Part shown: piece by piece, positions 1 to 16,186 of the stretch | Layout of the letters: every line of letters begins with the position of its first letter | Numbering within the stretch: position 1 is the first letter of the stretch | Assembly: GCA_951406725.2 (NCBI GenBank) | Contig: OX597825.1 | Location: 16,182,001 to 16,246,000 of the forward strand | Direction of reading: 5' to 3' | Length of the DNA stretch: 64,000 nucleotides | Source of the DNA: Octopus vulgaris | Taxonomy: Eukaryota | Made by a program: the position numbers and the translations under genes | Notes under the pieces: model-generated | Databases searched by the model: none | What the model was told of the DNA's origin: nothing | Seen by the model: only the letters and a program-made list of their open reading frames with translations

Positions 1-112
1 TTCCATGCTAGCACGGGTTGGACAGTTCGACTAGGGTCTGGGAAGCCAGGAGGCTGCACCAAGCTCCAGTCTGAACTGGCAGTGTTTCTACAGCTGGATG
101 CCCTTCCTAACA

Positions 113-3479
<3,367 letters not shown>

Positions 3480-3534
3480 AATAATATAAATTTCAAATGT
3501 GGGATAGCTATGAAAGCGCTGTCATCACCATCAC

Positions 3535-3606
<72 letters not shown>

Positions 3607-5066
3607 TTAACGTCCAGCTTCTATGCTGGCATGGATTGGATATCCAGAGAAATTGGGTAAATACCCCTAGAAGACAGTAAAAAGTTGCCAACAGGTGCTA
3701 CAGGGAATCGAACCATGTGCCTCTCAGATAGCAGCTGATATATATAGCAGTTCAGCAAAAAAGACTGATAGAATAAGTACTAGGCTTACAAAGAATAAGT
3801 CCTAGAATCGATTTTTTAAGGTGGTGCTCCAGTATGGCCACAGTCAAATGACTGAAACAAATAAAAGAATATATCATTAACATCATCTAGCATCCCCTTT
3901 TCCATGCTGGCAAGGGTTGGATGGTTCAAAAGGGTCTGGTGAACCAGAGGGCTACACTGAGCTCCAATCTGCTTTGGTATGATTTCTACAGCCGGATGCC
4001 CCTCCTAATCCCAGCTGTTTCACAGAATGTACTCAGTGCTTTTATGTGGCACTAACACTCCAGAAATCCCTAAATCCTCAAAAGACAAGGACCCTAGGGA
4101 AGAGTGATCGGTGTTAATAGATGAGCTGTTGAGGAAAGCATGACATACATACATACATACATACATACATACAACAAGAAAGGAGAAAGCTAATTTGACG
4201 ACTACAGATCCAATCCATCACTGGAACTGTAAAAAATCTGTAAAACTTTCTAGAAGTTTATCATTTAAATATATATGAGCATGTCTAGATATGCAACTAT
4301 ACGCATGAGTAGACATACATACATACATGCATACATACATACAGACAAAAATACTCTGTGTTGATGTTGAAATTCCAATAAAGGAGCCTTCGATCTAGGT
4401 TAGAAACTGGTTCTTTCTCTATTGGCAAGAAATCTTGAAATAAACTGAATAATGACACACATACATACATGTATGCATACATACATACATTCATACAAAC
4501 ACACATACATACATGCATACATACATACATACGTGCATGCATGCATACATACATACATACATACATACATACATACATACATGCATATATATAAATTTCT
4601 TCTCTCCATTCAAACCCCACTCTGCTGGAAGAAGGACCCTGTTCAAAATATTGGATTTTTCCACTCCCCACAGCAATTCCACTGGGCTCTTTGCTTTGAA
4701 TTTTAACTACATGTGTCCTGGTGACACAGACTAACATTAGACTGTGGCCATGCTGGGGCATCACCATGGGAAATTTCAGTCAAACAAATCAACCGAAGTG
4801 CTTATTTCTTAAGTCTGGTACTCATTCCAAATGGCTAAGTTACGGGGTCATCAACCCACCAGCACCAGTTGCTAAGTGGTGAAGGACACACACACACACA
4901 CACACATGATGGGCTGCTTTCAGTTTCCATCGGCCAAATCCACTCACATGGCTTTAGCCAGTCCAAGGCTATAGTAGAAGACACTTGTCCGATGTTCCAC
5001 ACACTGGGAGTGAACCTGGAACCATGTGGTTGGAAAACAAATTTCTTACCACACAGCCACATTTGT

Positions 5067-5155
<89 letters not shown>

Positions 5156-5901
5156 TATATTTATGTAAGTATATATATACATTATATTTATGTATGTATA
5201 TATATATACATACATATATATATATATACATGTTCGTTTTTATGTTATTATAAAAACAATTTTACTTTAAATTGAAGGATTACTCAATACATTTGGTAGA
5301 GTATAAATTAATTATTCTTTAACAGGAAGATTACCAACAGTGACCTCAAAGTTCTGCTGATAGCTTAGTTGGCTGGAACTTCGAAGATATTGTCAATACA
5401 ATTCGTGTTAAAGAATAATAAACAAATATATATGTATGTGTGTGTGTGAGTGTGTACATGCGCACATATGTGTGTGTATCACTGCATATTTCTTGTTTTA
5501 ATGTGTATGTCCTTGTTTAAAAAAATAAGTATCTAATATTTGTGTGCTTGACAGATCATTAGCAATTTTTTTCCAATTATAAGAATTTAGATCACCTCTC
5601 AGCATGTTTTACATTCACCTCTTATCGCTATCATTTTTCTTTGGTTAAACTTTATAATGCTCGACAAAAATGTATGAACATCACAACATCTTACTCTCCA
5701 TCGCTCTTCTGTCTGGAATATGATATTTAAAACATAATTACAATATTGACCAAATGTTGCTTTTATTTACTTATCTAATTTTTTTTTTATAATCAAATTA
5801 CAGCTAAAGAAAATTTTTAAATTTTTAAAAAAAGGCAAATTTTTGGGGGTGAAGTATTTCAATATAGAAAAAATAAATATCCTTATATTATTAATACAGA
5901 A

Positions 5902-5985
<84 letters not shown>

Positions 5986-6266
5986 TAATAATATCTTTTT
6001 TTTTTTTTAAACTTCAGCAAAACTTTGTTATATTTATTATTGATAATATTTCTTGTACAAAAAAATGTTTTTGATTTGTTGGAAATTTTTTTTTTCTTCT
6101 CTTTTCCATTCTCTGTTCATTCCATCATAGTTTAAAGACTATAAAACAGCTAAGAAAGAGAGAAAGAAATGAGAAGAAGAAAAAAAATATAAAAAAAAAT
6201 AAAATAAAAATAATACAATAACAATTATATTTTCAAAACACCTACATACATACATGCATATATACA

Positions 6267-6355
<89 letters not shown>

Positions 6356-7154
6356 GCATATATATAGATATACATACACACACACACATATATGTACGTA
6401 TGTATATATATATATGTGCATGTGTATATATATATATATATACACATATATATATTACCGATATATAAAACAAAAAGAACTTTTCACATCTTCTCAATGA
6501 TTTAGTCAATAAAGAAATTATAATTAAATTCCGATTTGTTGATTTTTAAGAGAAATAATGAAAGATTGACTTCCATTGTTTGTAATCTGTGTGTGTGTGG
6601 TGTGCGTGTGTGTGTGTGCAGTGTGTGTGTGGATGGTGTGTGTGTCTAGTGTGTGAGGTGTGTGTGTGTGTGTGCGTGTGTGTGCATGGTGTGTGTGTAG
6701 TGTATGTATGTGTGTGTGTGTGTGTGTGTGCAGTGTATGTGGTGTGAGTGGTATGTGTGTGGCGTGTGGGTGGTGTGTGTGTGGTGTGTGTGCGTGAGTG
6801 TGGTGTGTGAATGTGGTATGTGTCTGTGATGTGTGAGTGGTGTGCACTCGCATGTGTGTGTGTGTGGTGTATGAGTATGGTGTGTGTGGTGTGTGAGTTT
6901 GATGTGTGTGTGTGTGTGTGTGTGTGCGTGTCTTTGAGTTTGATGTGTGTGTGTAACAGACACAATATTTGCTGGCATTTAAGACATGATTGCTTTATGC
7001 ATTCAATAAGTGCCCTGCTTCTAAGGTGCTAAATGTCGCTGTATTACAGATGGGAGACCAAGTAATATAGGCTGAAGAACCAAATTAACACAAATCTTCT
7101 AGGTAAGATAACTGTTACTAAGGTGCAGGTGTGACTGTGTGGTAAGAAGCTTGC

Positions 7155-8103
7155 AGTGTAGTGTTTGGCACTGAAGCTGTCAAGACGTGCTTTTCAAAGT
7201 CGTCTTGAATTGAAGAATTTTGAAGCTCCACTGTAAGGTAAGACTCATGTTATTTGGGTCCAGTGGGGTCTGTTGTTTGTGGTAATAATAATTTTTTTTG
7301 TAGCAGCAAGAAGTCCTCACTGGATTCTAAACTCTAGTCTGCCTTCTGTGGAGTGAATATTTTTTTTTCACTTAATTGTGAGAATCTTCATTTGGGGGCA
7401 TATCCTGCTTTCAAGTTAGTGGTTCACGTTAAGTGAATATTTTTTCTCACTTAATTCTGAGAATTGTTGCTTGGAGACGTATCATGCCTCCTAAAAATTT
7501 GTTCATTTTTTGTGAATTTTTAAAATAATTGTGAGAATTGCAGTTTTGGGGGAGTGTCTTTGCCTCCGAAGATTGAATGACTTGTATACCAGTTTTTGTG
7601 GAAGTTGTGTTTCCAGTTGTGGCATTCCAGGTTCAAACTTGGCCAGGAGTACCTAGTGGCCGGAAGATTTTTTTTGCTGTGTTTTTGAACTATCGACTTT
7701 CTTTCTTCTAAACATTTTTTAACTTACTTTTTTTCGTGAATTGTTTTATTGTGACTTTCTTTTGATTTCTTTCTTTTTCTTCCCTCTTTTTAAGTTTTAT
7801 TTTGAACTATTTTCGAACTGTTAAAAAAAAAGAGAAACATAGCAGTGAAATAAGACAATGTTTTGGAGTAGTAAATTATACCACCCAAACGGTGGTTGAA
7901 AGACCGTGAAGAGAGGATGGTGATGTTGAGGACTTACTCCAAGTCACTTGACACCATTGCCCTATTTGTAATTGAAAAGGAGTTGGCAGAGTATTTGCCA
8001 CTTGTTAAATTCATTTCCAGGCGGGGTCAAATATGCAACAGTGTGGTTGCTATTTGACACCCCTGAAGAGGCTCACAAATTTGCATGCCAGGTGGAATGT
8101 CCA
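7155..8103 (+). mobile_element. Probable decayed non-LTR retrotransposon 5' end (5'UTR plus start of ORF1, Tx1/L1-like)
   Basis: T-rich leader with three internal GTGAATATTTTTT(C)TCACTTAATTGTGAGAAT-like repeats. Then a broken frame IIPPKRWLKDREERMVMLRTYSK...EKELAEYLPLVKFISR/GVKYATVWLLFDTPEEAHKF (RRM-like). Confidence 0.45.
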
Positions 8104-9049
8104 ATTTAGCAGTTCGGCAAAAGAGACCAATAGAATAAGTAGTAGGCTTACAAAGAATTATTGCTGGGGTCGATTTACTCGACTAAAGGTGGTGCTCCAA
8201 CATGGTCGCAGTGAAATGACTGAAACAAGTAAAAGAGTAAAAGAGAACCCTTATATGTCGCCTAACAACAGGAGAGTTCATCATATATATCATATATATA
8301 TATATATATAAATATATGTATATATACCCACATATATATATATGTATGTATATATCAAACCGATGGCAAAAACCAAGACAGGTAGACAGGTATGTGTTTT
8401 ACACATTCGCTCACTCACTTACATACACACACACACACACACACACACTTACACACACACTTGTGCACATACATGTGTGTACATGTATGTGATATTATCG
8501 ACTGCCGTTCTGTACATTAATTCCTGTGGTGAATCCGATTGCATAAGTATATCTACACAATTTGAGCACATTTAAATCTCTCTCTGTGTGCATGCACACA
8601 CACACATGCACACACACACTAGCAGACATTCGTGTTTGTGTCAGTCTTTGATGCTGACGATGCTGATGATGTCAATCCTTTGCTGATATTTGTGAAAGCC
8701 AATGTGTGCAGCAATGCATGCTGTAGTGCAACGTCTTGCTTTGCATTCTTCGCAGAAGGTCGCCTGAACTTTACGCAAATGCTGTTTACTGTCCCCAGTG
8801 TTGCCAAAGTGTCTGTCTACACGTGTGTGTGTGTGTGTATGTGTGTGTGTGTGTCTATGTGTGTATGTGTGTGTGTGTATGTGTGTGTGTGTATGTGTGT
8901 GTGTGTATGTGTGTGTATGTGTGTGTATGTGTGTGTGTGTGTGTGTGTGTATGTGTGTGTATGTGTGTGCGTATGTGTGTGTGTATGTGTGTCTATGTGT
9001 GTGTGTGTATGTGTGTGTATGTGTTGTGTGTGTGTGTGTATATGTGTGT

Positions 9050-9130
<81 letters not shown>

Positions 9131-10151
9131 TGTGTGTGTTTGTGCTTGTATATATGTGTCTATGTGTATGTTGTCAAATGCGGTAGCAGCAACCCCTAGG
9201 GGATCACGTATGACTCTCCACCAGATTTCACAAACAGAATTATACAGGTGAGTATGCTTACGTGTGTGGAATGCAATTATGTTCCTGTTTGCATGTGTGT
9301 GTTGCTATCTATCTATCTATCTATCTACCTATCTATCTATCTGTAAAAATATGTATGTGTGTATATATATATATATATGCGTGTGTGTAAATATGTGTGC
9401 GCACGTGTGTGTGTGTGTGCATGTGAGGATATGTGTATATGTGTGTGTGTGTGTGTATATATACACACGTTTCTACATGTCTATGTGTGCACACGTGTGC
9501 GTGTGTGTGTGTGTATGAACTGAAAGCTGCTTTTCTTTCTGTCGATGTGAAAGAAAGTTGGAAGAATTATAAACAACATTAAGGCCTCCACCACCCAGTT
9601 TCACTGGCATATTTAGAGAGTAGCAGGCAAAGGAGTAACAGTAGCAGTAGTAGTAGTAGGAGGAGGAGGAGAAGGAGAGGGGGACCAATGTGAAGAAATG
9701 CTGCAATGCCTAACAGTTTATTGTAGAGAATTAGTCTGTGTTGCCCAAAGGTAATCACACTTTTAGATCTTGTGACTAATATAGTTGAAATGAAAATACT
9801 GAATGCACACCTGATTAATTTATTTGTATAGACACAGGTGTGTCTATGCCATGTGTCGCTGCCTGTGTGGTTAAGAATCTTGCTTTGCAACCATTGTGGT
9901 CTTGGGTTCAGTTATACAGCATGAATAGTGCTGTGCTGACTTATAACCTGTAAGTGAATTTGGTAGATGAAACTGAAGGAGACCCACAACACATATTTAT
10001 GTCTATCTATCTATCTACTGGCCTGCCTACTTACCTTTCTATCTATCAATCTCCCTCTTTGTCTCTCTCTCTCTGTCTGTCTGTCTGTCTTTGTCTCTCT
10101 CTCTCTCTCTCTGTCTGTCTGTCTTTCTCTCTCTCTCTCTTTCTCTGTGGC

Positions 10152-11042
10152 ATGACATGTCATGTAATGTTATGGATTAAGTCTGCTCCTCTGGCGAATC
10201 TGACATGTCATGTAATGTTATGAATTAGGTCTGCCCCTCTGGCGAATCTGACATGTCATGTAATGTTATGGGTTTGTTTGCCCCTCTGGCGAATCTGACA
10301 TGTCATGTAGTGTTATGGATTGGCCCTGCCCTTCTGGTGAATCTGATGTCATGTAATGTTATGGGTTAGGTCTGCCCCTCTGGCGAATCTGACATGTCAT
10401 GTAATGTTATGGATTGGCCCTGCCCTTCTGGCGAATCTGACGTGTCATGTAATATTATGGGTTGGCCCTACTCCTCCGGCAAATCTGTCATGTCATGAGT
10501 CTGCCCCTCTGGCTAATCTGACATGTCACGTAATGTTATAGGTTTGCTCCTCTGACTAATCTGACATGTCATGTAAAGTTATGGGATGTCTCTGCTCCTC
10601 TGGCGAATCTGACATGTCATGTAATGTTATGGGTTGGGTCTGCCCCTCTGGCGAATCTGGTATGTCATGTAATGTTATGGATTTGCCCTGTCCCTCTGGC
10701 GAATCTGACATTTCATGTAGTGTTATGGATTGGCCCTGCCCTTCTGGCGAATCTGACATGTCATGTAATGTTATGGTTTGGCCCTGCCCCTCTGGCGAAT
10801 CTGACATGTCATGTAATGTTATGGATTAGGTCTGCCCCTCTGGCGAATCTGACATGTCATGTAATGTTATGGATTGGCGCTGTCCTGGCGAATCTGACAT
10901 GTCATGTAATGTTATGTGTTGGGTCTGCCCCTCTGGCGAATCTGACATGTCATGTAATGTTATGGGTTGGGTCTGCCCCTCTGGCGAATCTGACATGTCA
11001 TGTAATGTTATGGGTTGAGTCTGCCCCTCTGGCGAATCTGAC
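10152..11042. repeat. 48-bp minisatellite, about 19 units (CTGACATGTCATGTAATGTTATGGRTTRGGTCTGCCCCTCTGGCGAAT)
   Basis: Period of 48 read directly from the sequence; 16-aa repeats appear in several ORFs. Confidence 0.95.
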
Positions 11043-11079
11043 GGATGAAAAGCAAAGTTAACCTCAACAGAATTCTAAA

Positions 11080-11469
11080 TCTCTCTCTAAAGCTGAAATT
11101 GTCTGTGTGTATGGCAGGTTTGGTAGCCTTCAACTAACACTATCTCCTCCGAGACCCTGTGGCGCAAGTTGACCAAAATTGAAAGTATGATAAAAAAAAG
11201 GCTTGATCTTCCTTCCGAAGAAGAAAAAATTCAAATCGGACCATGTTAACACCAAAAATTATTTACATCAAAAAGGGGCTTTTTTCTATGAAAATCCCTA
11301 TATTTTACGATTTTTTGACTGCTGTGTCGCCATTTTTCGGTGTATTTCAACCAGAAAAATGTTCACTTAAAGAAAATAACAAGCTACATAATGCAAAATT
11401 TTTACTTTTCAAAAATTACAATTCTAAAGGGTCGAAACAAACCCGAGCAACGCCGGGTGATACTGCTAG
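11080..11469 (+). mobile_element. Non-autonomous Helitron
   Basis: A|TC start, subterminal hairpin CCCGAGCAACGCCGGG, CTAG|T end, no TSD. Splits a SINE fragment. Confidence 0.75.
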
Positions 11470-13145
11470 TAAGAACATAAAGACAGACGAAATGTTGCTA
11501 AGCATTTCGCCTGGTATGCTAACGATTCTGCCAGCTTACCACCTTAAAAGGTGTGCTACATATTAATTAAACATCATCTACATTTAACCCTTTAGCATTT
11601 GGATTTCCTTGTCAAATCTCTCTTTTTCTCTTTTACTTGTTTCGGCCATTTGACTGCGGCCATGCTGGAGCACCGCCTTTAGTCGAGCAAATCGACCCCG
11701 GGACTTATTCTTTGTAAGCCCAGTACTTATTCTAAGTGACGGGGACGTAAACACACCAGCATCGGTTGTCAAGCAATGCTAGGGGGACAAACACAGGCAC
11801 ACAGACATATATATATATATATACATATATACGACAGGCTTCTTTCAGTTTCCGTCTACCAAATCCACTCACAAGGCATTGGTCGGCCCGGGGCTATAGC
11901 AGAAGACACTTGCCCAAGATGCCACGCAGTGGGACTGAACCCGGAACCATGTGGTTGGTTAGCAAGCTACTTAACACACAGCCACTCCTGCGCCTATCTA
12001 ATGCTTATTTATTCACATTCTTTTGAATTAATCAGGCATTATCTCCTAGTTTTGAGATTTTGATGATGTGATTGTTTATTTTTAGAATGACATTGTAGGC
12101 CAGGTGTGAGAGACTGGATGTGGTCAGTTTTAGCATAAAACAAGGTAGGATATTTGGGTTATATATGGTTTGTCACACTAGGTGAGACAAGCTGATGCTG
12201 AATTTGCTTCGCTGACTGACAGGTGATGGTCGTTTAGAGAATGTGTGGGCTAAGATGTGTCTTCATTGGTCAGTTAAAGTTGAGACAGTGTCATGTGACA
12301 ACTTGCTGGGGCTGCCTGCTGGAGCCTAGCAGCAGGTATTTAAAGGGAAAAAATTTGACAAGTCAGTCAGTCGCCCGCTGACACTTGTTGACGCTACATC
12401 GAAGAGGCCAAGGAACAGAAGAAAGAAGACATGCACCCAGCACCTTAGCTGAAGACACCTCCGAAAGAAACTTTCTTTGCAGTCAAATGGATTCAGGTTC
12501 GGTCTCACTGCACAGCACCTTCAACAAGCATTCTCTGCTATAGCTCTTGGATGACTAATGCCTTGTAAGTGAACTGTGTGGAAGACTGTTGTGCGTGTGT
12601 CTGTGCATGTGTGTATCTCTGCATGTATGTATGAGCCTGTGCATGTGTGTATGTGTCTTTGTGTGGCCAACTGCTTGGTAACTGGTGTTTGTTTCGGCTC
12701 TTGTAACTTAGCAGTTTGGTAAAAGAGACTGACAAAATAAGTACCAAACTTTAAAAAACCCTAAGTACTTGGATTAATCTGTTTGACTAAACCCTTCAAA
12801 GTGGTGCCCCAGCACAACCCCCCCCCCCACTCAAATGGCTGAAACAAGTACAAGATAATAGGGAGGTCGTCGCCAGTGCGGCTGGACTGGCTCTTGTGCA
12901 GGTGGCACGTAAAAAGCACCATTTGGGTGTGGCCGTTGCCAGTACCACCAAACTGGCCCTCGTGCCGGTGCCACGTAAAAGCACTCACTACACTCTCGGA
13001 GTGGTTGGCGTTAGGAAGGGCAATCAGCTGTAGAAACTCTGCCAGATCAGATTGGAGTCTGGTTCGCCAGACCTCAGTCAAATCGTCCAACCCATGCTAG
13101 CATGGAAAGCGGATGCTAAATGGTGATGATGATGATGATGGTTCA

Positions 13146-13539
13146 TCTTTATATATAAAAGTAAGGTTGTGTGCTGTCTGTCTCCTACGATTTAGATTCC
13201 TTACTACTCCCACATTTTGCGGTGCAGTTTAACCAAAACCGGGTATCTTATAGTCGTGATTCCTATCGAGCCCTTCTGGGTATTAGCGCGCGTCTACGAT
13301 GAGTACGATTTAAAAAAAAATTTACCATCAATTTTTCCCATTTTTAATGCATTTTTGGCATATATGAGGGAAGTAACTCTCTAAAAATTTATTATTAAAT
13401 CTCAGAACGTAAAAAGCTACAGTAACACCCCCACTTTGTGGTTAGCCATATTGAGATGGCTATTATACTTTACATCTCTAAAAATGCTTATATAGTTATT
13501 TCCCTTACAAACCCGAGCAACGCCGGGCGATACTGCTAG
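13146..13539 (+). mobile_element. Non-autonomous Helitron
   Basis: A|TCTTTATATATAAAAG start, hairpin CCCGAGCAACGCCGGG, CTAG|T end. Confidence 0.8.
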
Positions 13540-13593
13540 TGTTTTATAAAAAGAGAGAAAAATAAACAAAACACAAACTTTTCTTTTTAGTTT

Positions 13594-13604
13594 TTTATTT
13601 TATT
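13594..13604 (-). terminator. Candidate RBM42 polyadenylation signal (overlapping AATAAA x2)
   Basis: Plus-strand TTTATTTTATT, about 125 nt past the stop codon. Confidence 0.45.
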
Positions 13605-13726
13605 ATAAACAATATTTACAAGTGATCATATAGCTTTGTCCCAAAAAAAGTTTAACTGGTGGTGGACAATCTTGCCATTTGATCTCAAACCACAGGAAAA
13701 GAATGATGATGTCGCAACGATGCAGT

Positions 13727-13839
13727 TTAACGCAAACCAAGTCTCTTTTTCTCTTTGTCCTTTTTCCGAACAATTTCGATATTTCTTTCTTTCCAGGAAC
13801 TTTTCCGAAGCTTGATTGGGCGGTTTCCAACATACTTTC
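13727..13839 (-). CDS. RBM42: RBM42 last coding exon (GKYVGNRPIKLRKSSWKERNIEIVRKKDKEKKRLGLR*)
   Basis: CCCAG acceptor at 13841, TAA stop at 13729..13727, typical RBM42 C-terminus. Total CDS 1335 nt = 444 aa. Confidence 0.96.
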
Positions 13840-14602
13840 CTGGGAATAAAAAGAAATATCTGATTAAAAAGGTGTTAATTATCATCAATTTAATGGTCAC
13901 TTTTATATGCTTGCACAGGTTACATGTAATTTTCAAAAAAAAAACAAAAAAAAACCGCTCCTTTTAGAGTGATACACACTCGTAAGGCCAGTTTCCTGGA
14001 TTCTCAGGGGTAGATAGAGTGTCTTGCTCAAGAACACAACACACAACACAGTCGAGTAATTGAACTCACTACCTCTTGATTGTGAGCCCGACACTCTATC
14101 CACTGAGCAAGGCATCTTCCCACACACACACACACACGATGGGCTTCTTTCAGTTACTGTTTACCAAATCCACTCACAAGGCTCTGGTCAGTCCAAGGTA
14201 TCCCACATTGGAAGTGAACCCAGAACCATGTGGTTGGGAAGCAAACTTCTTACCACACAGCCACACCTTGTTCAATATGTTACTCTACTCTTTTACCTGT
14301 TTCAGTCATTTGACTGTGGCCATGCTGGAGCACCGCCTTTAGTCGAGCAAATCGACCCCAGGACTTATTCTTTGTAAGCCTAGTACTTATTCTAAACACA
14401 CCAGCATCAGTTGTCAAGCGACGTTGGTGGGTCAAAGACAGACACACAAACACATACATATATGTGTATACATATATACGACAGGCTTCTTTCAGTTTCC
14501 GTCTACCAAATCTACTCACAAGGCTTTGGTCGACCCGAGGCTATAGTAGAAGACACTTGCCCAAGGTGCCACACAGTGGGAGTGAACCCGGAACCATGTG
14601 GT

Positions 14603-14814
14603 CGCCATGTTGATTCGTTAGTTACTGCACGCATTTTTTTTCTCTTCTTCTTTCTGTGTTTTTTTTCTCTCTGTGTATCTTTCTGTTGAAGAGCGTAGGC
14701 TCGAAACGTTAAAGACTTGTTTTATTTATATTTCCTGAGCGCCATACTAATACAATTGTTTGTTTGTTTCCCACCTGCCTTCGTCTTTTGTCTATTTTCA
14801 TAAAGCTTCCCGTT
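14603..14814 (+). mobile_element. Penelope-like terminal fragment with variant minimal hammerhead, inserted in a SINE head
   Basis: TCTTT-CTGTTGA-A-GAGC-GTAG-GCTC-GAAA-CGTT-AAAGA at 14678..14715. Interrupts the SINE sequence GAACCATGTGGT|ACTTACCACACAGCC. Confidence 0.5.
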
Positions 14815-15321
14815 ACTTACCACACAGCCACTTCTACGCATGTTGATTATATTTACATAAAATATCTTGAAATAAAGAAAGCAATAAATATGTGAGCATA
14901 CAATTTGGTGGGAAAGGTAACAGGTAAGCAAGGCTAGGTATGGTTGAGTTGACTCATAAAAGACTTAAATATATCCATAATGAAAATACAAAGGAATATT
15001 GCCAAGGGAACCAAGTAAAAATTTTTCTTTTCAGAAAGCTTACACACCAAGGCCCATAACTCAAGAAATTGTAAAGTCGATTGCATTGTCTCCAGTTTTC
15101 AACTAATACTAATTTTATCGATCCAGAAAGGACTACCAAGGCCAGGGGCCGCTTCTGGTTCTATAGTCTGTTTTGGTTTGGTTTCTATGGTTGGAATGCC
15201 AACCACTCCACAGAGTGTACTGGGTGCTTTTTATGTAACACCATCACCAGTGCTTTCCAAGTGGCATTTTTGTTTAAGTTTTCATTTCCTATCAGTGTTT
15301 TGTTGATAATATATATATCAT

Positions 15322-15363
<42 letters not shown>

Positions 15364-15991
15364 ATCATGTGACCGACCAGGCTATCAGATGTTGCTATAC
15401 ATCGCTGGTCACAATGCGCTTTGCATTATTTTAGCCTTCAAATGACACCACCCTGCTGGCTAAGCGAGCAGGCCAACAGAAGAATGAGTGAGAGAATAAA
15501 TAAACACACACACACTGGTTCAGTATCACTTTTTTGTTTTACCAACTAACTATCCAATGGTTTGTTTAATCAATCAGTCATTAGTTTTCTCTGTCAGAGT
15601 CCTCTTGTCGCTATTCGCAGCCTCATCAATGACATCCTTACGCTTGAACAGCGACAAAAGGACTCTAACAAACAAAAAAAAAAAAAACTAACAACTGAGT
15701 GATTGTTCAATCAACACATTAAAAAAACCTTTGGATAAGTAGTTGGTAAAATAAAGAAGTGGTATTGCATCAGTGTATGTGTTGAACTTTTGTTGGCGTA
15801 ATGACTCACCCTAGAGATTCGTTTCAACACTTGAATTCACATCTGGACTCTAGCAAACCAAATACAAAATTGTTTTAGCTCCCCCCCCCTAACCCTTTAG
15901 ATTTTAAATGGCTGTGAAATTTATTCCAGCCAAAAAACAGTAGGTTGTGCACCAGTTGTATTAAAAACAAAGGCAGAAGTCTTCTACTTAC

Positions 15992-16186
15992 CATTCATTT
16001 CTCGCATGGCTCTGACAAAGTCGTTGGGGTCTTTGAAGCTGACAAACCCATAGCCTTTGGTTTTATTGCTCCTTTTGTCTCGGACAACTTTAGCCTTAAC
16101 GAAGGATGCGAATTTCGAAAACGCTCTCGTTAAAATCTCATCAGTGACTTCGTTGCCCAAATCGCCACAAAATATCCGAAAATCAT
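15992..16186 (-). CDS. RBM42: RBM42 coding exon 4, RRM domain (DDFRIFCGDLGNEVTDEILTRAFSKF...KTKGYGFVSFKDPNDFVRAMREMNG)
   Basis: TGCAG acceptor and GTAAGT donor, 195 nt. RNP2 (IFCGDL) and RNP1 (KGYGFVSF) translated by hand; this exon is not in the ORF track. Confidence 0.97.

Noticed and set aside
10152-11042. CRISPR-like repeat/spacer appearance of the 48-bp array
   Set aside because: The variable segments are short, mutually homologous variants rather than unique spacers. The context is eukaryotic and there are no cas genes.
11766-12063. Recurrent ORFs such as ...SFRLPNPLTRLWSARGYSRRHLPKVPRSGTEPGTMWLV...
   Set aside because: Antisense translations of family A SINE copies, recurring throughout the window.
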